From Alphaproteobacteria bacterium (GTDB lineage: Bacteria; Pseudomonadota; Alphaproteobacteria; Reyranellales; Reyranellaceae), in the NCBI GenBank assembly GCA_026126245.1, contig JAHCJT010000001.1:11511-75510 (forward strand): a DNA stretch of 64,000 bases, read 5' to 3'. A program made the position numbers and the translations under genes. Under the pieces are notes generated by a model. That model had not been told where the DNA came from. It searched no databases and worked only from the letters and a program-made list of their open reading frames with translations. Shown here in pieces: positions 57,487 to 64,000 of this stretch; position 1 is the stretch's first letter, and the number at the start of each line of letters is the position of its first letter.

Positions 57487-58240
57487 TCCGTCGAAGGATG
57501 CAGGTCCGCAACGTGTCGTCCTCGTCGACGACGACGACATGTTCCGCGAAGCGCTGCGAAACAACCTGAAGGATGCGGGTCTGGATGTGCTCGCCTTCGG
57601 CGACAGCCGGGTCGCGCTGGAGCACCTGCGGGTCGACAGGTCGGCGACGCTTGCCCTGCTTGACTGGAAGATGCCGGCGATGAGCGGCATCGAGCTACTG
57701 CGCAAGATGCGCGAGGCGCGCATCAACGTACCCGTCGTCTTCCTGACCGTGCTGGGCGAACCGTTCTACGAAGAGACCGCCCTGGCCGACGGCGCCGTCG
57801 ACTTCATCGACAAGTCGCGCACCTTTACCATCATCCAGAAGCGCATCGAGATGATCCTGGCGCGCGCCCGCGAGGACGCCGACGCTGAAGCCGGCGCGAG
57901 CGAACCCGAGCCGTTCCGCATCGGCCACCTCGAGCTCAATCCGGTGTCGTGCCGCGCGGTGTGGAAGGGCCGGCAGGTCGATCTGACGGTGGCCGAGTTT
58001 GCCGTCGTCGAGCATCTGGCGCGCAACGCCGGCCAGGACGTTCGCTATCGCGATCTCTACAACGCCGTGCGCGGTCCCGGCTTTGCCGCCGGTTTCGGCG
58101 CCGAAGGCTATCGCGCCAACGTGCGTTCGTTCGTCAAACGCATCCGGCAGAAGTTCCGCGATCTGGACGATACGTTCGAATGCATCGAGAATTATCCGGG
58201 GTTCGGCTACCGATGGAGCGGCAATGGCGCTGCCATCTGA
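57470..58240 (+). CDS. OmpR family response regulator, ChvI-like
   Basis: VDDD, LLDWKMP, FLT, DFIDK, KRIRQKFRDLDDTFECIENYPGFGYRW. Confidence 0.93.
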   Translation: MVRQASPSKDAGPQRVVLVDDDDMFREALRNNLKDAGLDVLAFGDSRVALEHLRVDRSATLALLDWKMPAMSGIELLRKMREARINVPVVFLTVLGEPFYEETALADGAVDFIDKSRTFTIIQKRIEMILARAREDADAEAGASEPEPFRIGHLELNPVSCRAVWKGRQVDLTVAEFAVVEHLARNAGQDVRYRDLYNAVRGPGFAAGFGAEGYRANVRSFVKRIRQKFRDLDDTFECIENYPGFGYRWSGNGAAI

Positions 58241-59750
58241 CATGTTCCGCCGCTTCCTGTCGCCGGGCCGCTCGATCGCCGCCAGCCTCGCGATCCTGCT
58301 GATCGCGTGCAGCGCCGTGCCGCTGATCCTGTACGTGCAGTTCCGCAAGGCCGACGACGACAAGAAGACCATCGTGCTGCGGGCCGCGCAGCAGCAGGCG
58401 GCTCTGGTCATGAACGGCCTGCGTCCGCTGATCGACCAGTTCAACCCGCAAGCCGTTTCGCTGGTCGCAGACGCGATCAAGGCCATGGCCAACGACGGCC
58501 TGACCATCCGCCTGTTGCTGCATACCGACGAGCCGGAAGGCGAAGGCGTCTTCCTTGTCGCGGCCGCGCCGGGTGAAACCCAGGCGGCATTCGAGCCGGT
58601 CAAGGTCAAGCTGAACGAGCTGGGGCTGCTGTCACGCGCGCCGCAGACCTGCGACGGCAGCGCGCCCATCGAGGCGCGCATCGGCACCGAGGCCGGCACC
58701 AACGAACTGCTGTTCGCCATCGCCTCGATGCGCACCGCCGCGGGGTGCTGGTCGGTGCTGACGAGCTGGACAGCCGCCGCCTACCTTGAGACGTCGATCG
58801 GTCGGCCCTACTGGCAGTCGGGCGAAATGCGCATGGCGGCCCTCGTCTACGGTGGCCTGACTGCCCTGGTGGTGGGACTGTTCGCCAGCGTGTGGCTGCA
58901 ATTGCGACGCTTCCAGCGCCTGGCCTACGACCTGCGCGCCGGACGCAGCGATTCCTCGTTCGAGTCGCTGAACCGGATGCCGGAGCTCTCGGGCGTGGCC
59001 CGCGAGTTCGACCGCCTGATCGGCGGGCTGCGCTCATCGGCCGAACTGATCCGCCACGTCGCCGAAGAAAACATCCACGCCCTGAAGACACCCGTGGCGA
59101 CGATCGGCCAGCTTGTCGTACCGCTGCGCCAGGCGGTTCCCGACGGCGATGCGCGCAGCAAGGACGCGCTGGACGGCATCAACCGCTCGCTGGACAAGAT
59201 CGACAGGATCCTGTCGGCGGGCCGTCGCATGGACTGGATGATCGCCGATCTGCTCGACCCGACCCGCCAGCGGGTCAACGTGTCGGACCTCGTCAACGAG
59301 TCGGTGGTCGACTACGAGGACGAGCTCGAGTTGGGCGACATCCGGCTGGAACGCGACGTTGCGCCCGGCATCCACGTGCGCGGCGCCGAGCGCCTCTTCG
59401 AGGCGATCATGGGCAATTTGATCGAGAACGCGATCAGTTTCTCGCCGGCCGGCAGCCTGATCCGCCTGGCCGTTCGACGCGATGGCAGCAAGGCGGAGAT
59501 CGTCATCGAGGACAGCGGGCCGGGCGTGCCTGAGGCAGATCTGGAGCGCATCTTCGAACAGAACTTCAGTCGCCGCCCGGAAGCCCCGGCAAGCGGCCTC
59601 GCCAACCGCTCGACGCCACGAACGCACCATTTCGGCATGGGCTTGTGGTTTGTACGCCGCAACACCGAGGCAATGGGCGGCGCCGTGCGCGCCGAAAACG
59701 TGGCAAGCAACGGGCTGCGGGTCACCGTGAGCCTGCCGCTCGACAGGTAG
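58224..59750 (+). CDS. Membrane sensor histidine kinase, ChvG-like transmitter
   Basis: Two TM helices, HALKTP, NLIENAISFSP, EDSGPG, HFGMGL. Confidence 0.93.
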   Translation: MALPSDMFRRFLSPGRSIAASLAILLIACSAVPLILYVQFRKADDDKKTIVLRAAQQQAALVMNGLRPLIDQFNPQAVSLVADAIKAMANDGLTIRLLLHTDEPEGEGVFLVAAAPGETQAAFEPVKVKLNELGLLSRAPQTCDGSAPIEARIGTEAGTNELLFAIASMRTAAGCWSVLTSWTAAAYLETSIGRPYWQSGEMRMAALVYGGLTALVVGLFASVWLQLRRFQRLAYDLRAGRSDSSFESLNRMPELSGVAREFDRLIGGLRSSAELIRHVAEENIHALKTPVATIGQLVVPLRQAVPDGDARSKDALDGINRSLDKIDRILSAGRRMDWMIADLLDPTRQRVNVSDLVNESVVDYEDELELGDIRLERDVAPGIHVRGAERLFEAIMGNLIENAISFSPAGSLIRLAVRRDGSKAEIVIEDSGPGVPEADLERIFEQNFSRRPEAPASGLANRSTPRTHHFGMGLWFVRRNTEAMGGAVRAENVASNGLRVTVSLPLDR

Positions 59751-60172
59751 CGGGGCGCGCACCGGCTCGGCTATCCACAACCGCCGATACGCTCACAGCT
59801 CTGTCACAGCATTGATACGCCCCCGCCACGGGCAGATGAGCCATATAGTGGGCGGAGGATGGTTCGCAGGATGCGAACGACACTTTGGCCCGAGAGGTTC
59901 CGCCGAGCGGTGATGTAGGACAGCCATCACCCGTCGCCGGATACAGAAGCAGCAATCGCGACGCAAATATCGCAAGCTTCTCCTCTCGGGCAAATTTTTC
60001 CCTCTCCAGACCGCAAATCTCCCGCTTTTCTTGCGTTGGCCACGGCCAAGACGGGCGTTGGCGTGCCGTCTTTGCATGGCCATTGCGCACCGGGCGTGCG
60101 ATATGCCTGTCTCGCAGCGCGACAACACGGCCCGCGGGCAACCGGCGAGCTTGGCCGCAGGGAGGAGCCACG

Positions 60173-60940
60173 ATGAAGCAGATGTTCGATCTGACCGGCA
60201 AGGTTGCCATCGTCACGGGCGGCAATGGCGGCATCGGGCTGGGCATGGCGCGTGGTCTGGCGTCGGCCGGCGCCCTGGTCGTCGTGGCCGGCCGAAACGC
60301 GACCAAATCGGCCGCCGCCGTCAAGGATCTGGCGACCGCGGGTGCCAAGGCAGACCACATCGAGGTCGACGTCTGCGACGAGGCATCGGTGCGCGCCCTG
60401 GTGGCCACGGCAGCCGACCGCCACGGCCGGCTCGACATCCTGGTCAACAACGCCGGCATCAATGTCCGCAAGCCACCGCACGAAATGACCCTGGCGGAAT
60501 GGCGCCGCGTGATCGACACCAACCTCACCAGTGCCTTCTTGTGCTCGCATGCTGCCTATCCGCACATGAAAAAGGCCGGTGGCGGCAAGATCATCAACAT
60601 CGGCTCCATGATGTCGATCTTCGGCGCGTCCTTCACGCCAGCCTACGCCGCAAGCAAGGGCGGCCTGGTGCAGTTCACCAAGGTCTGTGCCACGGCCTGG
60701 GCGCGCGACAATATCCAGGTCAATGCCGTGCTACCCGGTTGGATCGACACGGATTTGACCATTCGGGCGCGCCAGGAAGTTTCCGGACTACACGAGCGCG
60801 TGCTGGCGCGGACGCCGGCCGGACGCTGGGGTACGCCCGATGATCACGCGGGAATTGCAGTCTTCCTCGGCAGCCGGGCGTCGGATTTCGTGACCGGCAC
60901 GGCCATCCCCGTCGACGGCGGGTTCTCCGTGCAGGGCTGA
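60173..60940 (+). CDS. SDR family oxidoreductase (2-deoxy-D-gluconate 3-dehydrogenase-like)
   Basis: GGAGG RBS, TGGNGGIG, NNAG, YAASK, PGWIDT, VDGG. Confidence 0.93.
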   Translation: MKQMFDLTGKVAIVTGGNGGIGLGMARGLASAGALVVVAGRNATKSAAAVKDLATAGAKADHIEVDVCDEASVRALVATAADRHGRLDILVNNAGINVRKPPHEMTLAEWRRVIDTNLTSAFLCSHAAYPHMKKAGGGKIINIGSMMSIFGASFTPAYAASKGGLVQFTKVCATAWARDNIQVNAVLPGWIDTDLTIRARQEVSGLHERVLARTPAGRWGTPDDHAGIAVFLGSRASDFVTGTAIPVDGGFSVQG

Positions 60941-61003
60941 ACTGACGCGCAGCCAGCGCGCAGCAGACGCGTCCGCCGCGCGGCGCACCCGGCCTGAACG
61001 CGA

Positions 61004-61858
61004 TCAGCCGCCGCGCTTGGGGTAATATTGAGGATTGGCGCGGATCGATGCCGCTCTGACCTCGGGCGAGGCGGCGCGCAACTGGCCGAAATAGGCCAGA
61101 TAGCGGTGCGCCGACGGCTCGTCCATATCGGCGCGCAACCAGCGTAGTGCCTGTTTGTCGTCGCCCTGCAGGCCATAGGCCAGCGCCAGATTGCCACGCG
61201 TCTGGACCGTGGCCCCGCTGCTGCCCGCCGCCGGCGCGAGGATCTCGATCGCTTCGGGATACCGCCCCGCCGAGATCAGCGACAGGCCGTAGTTGTTGCG
61301 CGCCGGTAGATAGCGTGGATCGGCCCGCAGGGCGGCCTCATAGCGCCCCTGCGCGTCGGCCGGACGGCCCAACAGGTCGAGGGCCACGCCGGCGCCGTTC
61401 TGGGCCCGCGGATCGCCTGGCTCCGCCTGCGCGGCCGCCTCGTACTGCGCCAGCGCCAGTTCCGGCTGGCTCATGGCAATCAAGGCCGCCCCCAGCCCGC
61501 GCCGCGCGTCGACGTTACCGGGGCTGACCTTCAGCGCATCCTGGAACGCCGCCGCCGCCTCGGGCGCATTGCCGCTGAACAGCATGGTCTGGCCAATGCC
61601 GATCATCGGCTCGGGCGCCTTCGGATTCATGTCGTGCGCCTGGCGGTAGATCGGCACCGCGGCCATGGGGTCGGTCCCCTGCCGCGCGCCGTCCGCGATC
61701 CGCATCAACGACTCGTAGGTCGTACCGCCCGACGTCGCGGATCGGTCACCCGTCGTGCAGGCGGCCACCAGAAGCACGGTAGCGCCGACAATCCATCGGC
61801 GCCCCTGCCGAGCGATGTCGAGCAACGTTGGAACTTGCACTAGGCCACACCCTGACAC
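61004..61858 (-). CDS. tadD: TPR lipoprotein, Tad pilus assembly protein TadD-like
   Basis: VAAC lipobox, TPRs, GVALDLLG, NNYGLS, RGNLALAYGLQG; adjacent to tadE/tadG; start uncertain. Confidence 0.85.
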   Translation of the reverse strand: MSGCGLVQVPTLLDIARQGRRWIVGATVLLVAACTTGDRSATSGGTTYESLMRIADGARQGTDPMAAVPIYRQAHDMNPKAPEPMIGIGQTMLFSGNAPEAAAAFQDALKVSPGNVDARRGLGAALIAMSQPELALAQYEAAAQAEPGDPRAQNGAGVALDLLGRPADAQGRYEAALRADPRYLPARNNYGLSLISAGRYPEAIEILAPAAGSSGATVQTRGNLALAYGLQGDDKQALRWLRADMDEPSAHRYLAYFGQLRAASPEVRAASIRANPQYYPKRGG

Positions 61859-62008
61859 GGTCGCCCGCCAACCCGGGCACCGGGAGTGTGATACTAGATA
61901 TAGGGGCGGGTCAACAACCTAAATGCGATTTGTTGTCGAATAACCCGCCGGTATCCCCAAGGCCGTCGCCCCTCCGGGGAGGGGTCGCACCGCCTGCGGC
62001 CGCGCCTG

Positions 62009-62416
62009 CTAGTCGCCCACGACGACCCGCGTGGTCGCCTCCATCTTCATGGATTTCACAGGCAGGAAGCCGCTGACGAAGCTCACCGTCCCGGAGCTCG
62101 TGGTCGCGTAGATGGTCTTGTAGGTCACCCCGGTGCCGGCGGCGCTCGTCACCGTGACCACGATCGTGCTGGGATCGACCCCCATCACGCGGTTGCGGAC
62201 CTGGGTCTGGATCTGCGCGCTGGTGGCCGTCTTGTTGATGATGGCGTAGCGGCCGGCTTCCTCGACGGCGTGCTCCAGCGTGTTGCGGATCCAGAAGAAC
62301 CGGCCGAACTCGACGCAGCCGATGATCGCCATCAGGACGACCGGGCCGACGATGGCGAACTCGATGAGCGACGTGCCGTCGCTGTTGCGGCGGAGCCGGC
62401 GCAAGAAGCGGATCAT
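62009..62416 (-). CDS. tadE: TadE family pseudopilin
   Basis: DG|TSLIEFAIVGP prepilin motif, EFGR, EAGRYA. Confidence 0.9.
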   Translation of the reverse strand: MIRFLRRLRRNSDGTSLIEFAIVGPVVLMAIIGCVEFGRFFWIRNTLEHAVEEAGRYAIINKTATSAQIQTQVRNRVMGVDPSTIVVTVTSAAGTGVTYKTIYATTSSGTVSFVSGFLPVKSMKMEATTRVVVGD

Positions 62417-62431
62417 GACGCAGCCCTCCGC

Positions 62432-62896
62432 TCAGGACGTCGGCACGGTGACGGCGCCGGTCGCCTTCAGCGTCGAGGGACGCAGGCCGATCAGGTACGA
62501 CACCAGCTTGATGGGATCGCGGGTGACCGACATGGTCATGATGCGGCGCGCCGAGGTCCCCGCGCCGCAGGTGCCCAGCGGACTGCAGGAAATCGACGTC
62601 CCGTCGGTGCACTCGCAGACGTAGGTCGGCGTCGCCACGACCGCGTTGGCGGCGACCGGCAGTGCGGCACTGATGGCGGTCTTGACCCCGGCCGTGTCGT
62701 TCGGGTTGAACAGCGCGTACTGGACGCCGGCCTGGATCGCCGCCTGCAGCTGCTGGCGGTTGTAGACATTGAGGCCGAATTCCAGCGTGCCGCACAGGGC
62801 AAGCGCCAAGACCGGCATCGCGATGCCGGCCTCAATAGCGGAGACGCCGCGACGGTCATTCGCGAAGCGGCGCCACAATGCGCATAAACCAATCAT
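62432..62896 (-). CDS. TadE/TadF family pseudopilin
   Basis: RG|VSAIEA prepilin motif, EFG, AGVQYA, CEC...C...C. Confidence 0.88.
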   Translation of the reverse strand: MIGLCALWRRFANDRRGVSAIEAGIAMPVLALALCGTLEFGLNVYNRQQLQAAIQAGVQYALFNPNDTAGVKTAISAALPVAANAVVATPTYVCECTDGTSISCSPLGTCGAGTSARRIMTMSVTRDPIKLVSYLIGLRPSTLKATGAVTVPTS

Positions 62897-62984
62897 TTCA
62901 AATACTCCCCGTAAATACCAATGCTCTCGAAAATTGATGATCTCCCTGTCTCAGATCGCGCCCTTCATGTTCGCCTGCCGTCCG

Positions 62985-64000
62985 TCACTCCCCGAGCCGG
63001 ATCGAGTCGGTCATCGCGCCGCCGAGCGCCGCCGCGGCGATGCTCTGGAACGCGGTCACGAGCTCGGCGGTCGAGGTCACCGAGTAAACCTTGGTCGAGT
63101 CGCTGGCGCAGTTCTGCCAGAGGCTGACCGCCGTGGCGTTGCTGCTGTCGACGCCGTAGCCCACGGTGTAGACGGTGACGCCGGCGTTTTTCATGTTGGT
63201 GCACAAGGTCTGCGTCTGGACCGCCGACGAGCCGTTGGTCGACTGGTAGTAGGTGTTCATGTCGAAGTCCGACAGCAGCACCACGGCCTTGTAGGTCTTG
63301 GATGCGTCGTAGGCGTTGGGCGTCGTCGTGCCCGTCAGGACGCTCGACCAGTTGGGCGACACCAGATACCACGCCCATGCCGTGCCGATGTGGCCGGCGG
63401 TAGTGCCCGTGGCGGTGAAATTGTCGATGGTCGACTTCAGCGTCACCTTGTCGGTCGACAGCGGCCGCATCGCCGACACCGTGGCGGGCACGTTGTAGTT
63501 GACGCTCTGAACCCAGGACGCATACGGCCCCAGCGCGCTCGTCTTCTTGAGCCGGAACTCCTTGAGCCACTTGCCGGTGCCCGGCGGCTCGTCAGTGAAG
63601 GCGTAGGTGCCCGACCGCTCCACGACGCTGGTCCAGTTGCTCTGCGGCGTCGCGCCGGTCACGGCCGTGTAGTACGTCGTGCCGACGTTGACCGCCGACG
63701 AGTACGGCACCAGGGCGACGCGCGACGTGAAGGGCGACTGCTGCGACTGCACCACGGTATCGATCAGCGATTTGGCGGCGCTCTTCATGGCGTCGAGCTT
63801 GGTGACTCCGTAAACCTCGGTGCTGCCGTTCATCGAGGTGCTGACGTCCAGCATCATCGCGACTTCGAGGTTCTTGCCCAAGGTCGTGCCGCTGTACGCC
63901 ACCGACCGCGCGCTGACGTTCGAGGCAGAGCTCAGCAGGTATTTGCTGAAGAACAGCGGCAGCTGGCGGGTGACGGTGACTTCGACCGCATTGCTCTGGC
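62985..64000 (-). CDS. tadG: TadG-like pilus protein with vWA domain (5' end beyond window edge)
   Basis: LEVAMMLDVSTSM MIDAS, GTTAGHIG, LC...KNAGVTVYTVG; frame open to the window end. Confidence 0.88.
   Translation of the reverse strand, partial: QSNAVEVTVTRQLPLFFSKYLLSSASNVSARSVAYSGTTLGKNLEVAMMLDVSTSMNGSTEVYGVTKLDAMKSAAKSLIDTVVQSQQSPFTSRVALVPYSSAVNVGTTYYTAVTGATPQSNWTSVVERSGTYAFTDEPPGTGKWLKEFRLKKTSALGPYASWVQSVNYNVPATVSAMRPLSTDKVTLKSTIDNFTATGTTAGHIGTAWAWYLVSPNWSSVLTGTTTPNAYDASKTYKAVVLLSDFDMNTYYQSTNGSSAVQTQTLCTNMKNAGVTVYTVGYGVDSSNATAVSLWQNCASDSTKVYSVTSTAELVTAFQSIAAAALGGAMTDSIRLGE

Noticed and set aside
59772-59780. DnaA-box-like CTATCCACA suggesting an origin
   Set aside because: Single imperfect copy, no cluster of boxes or origin-associated genes
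60059-60078. Possible sigma54 promoter upstream of the SDR gene
   Set aside because: GG to GC spacing is 12 nt rather than the required 10

Overview
High-GC alphaproteobacterial chromosomal window (Rhodospirillales/Reyranella-like gene style, inferred from gene content only). About 54 protein-coding genes; no rRNA, tRNA, CRISPR array, transposase or integrase seen. The first ~43 kb is dominated by catabolic oxidoreductases: three tandem Baeyer-Villiger monooxygenases, six acyl-CoA dehydrogenases (two heteromeric-type pairs), two xanthine-oxidase-family molybdoenzymes, a Lin0512 gene pair, a VOC/CMD/FAH operon and an SdpA-like 2-oxoglutarate dioxygenase. At 28.9-43.4 kb is a compact aromatic-acid catabolic island (CoA ligase, CoA transferase, binding protein, TetR, amidohydrolase, Rieske dioxygenase alpha/beta, ACAD pair, ferredoxin/reductase, LigB-like protein, SDR) tied together by four copies of a 14-bp palindrome (CTAACAnnTGTTAG) at its promoters; its Rieske alpha gene carries an in-frame TAG. 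Other highlights: a double zinc-ribbon protein behind a perfect alphaproteobacterial LexA box, an orphan terminator suggesting an sRNA, and a degenerate membrane Ser/Thr kinase with four peptidoglycan-binding repeats that recur in a small exported protein 32 kb away. The right end holds an EmrAB-type efflux pair, a GMC oxidoreductase, a lipoprotein/ChvI-like/ChvG-like operon and part of a tad pilus locus. All product calls are from motif recognition, not database searches.
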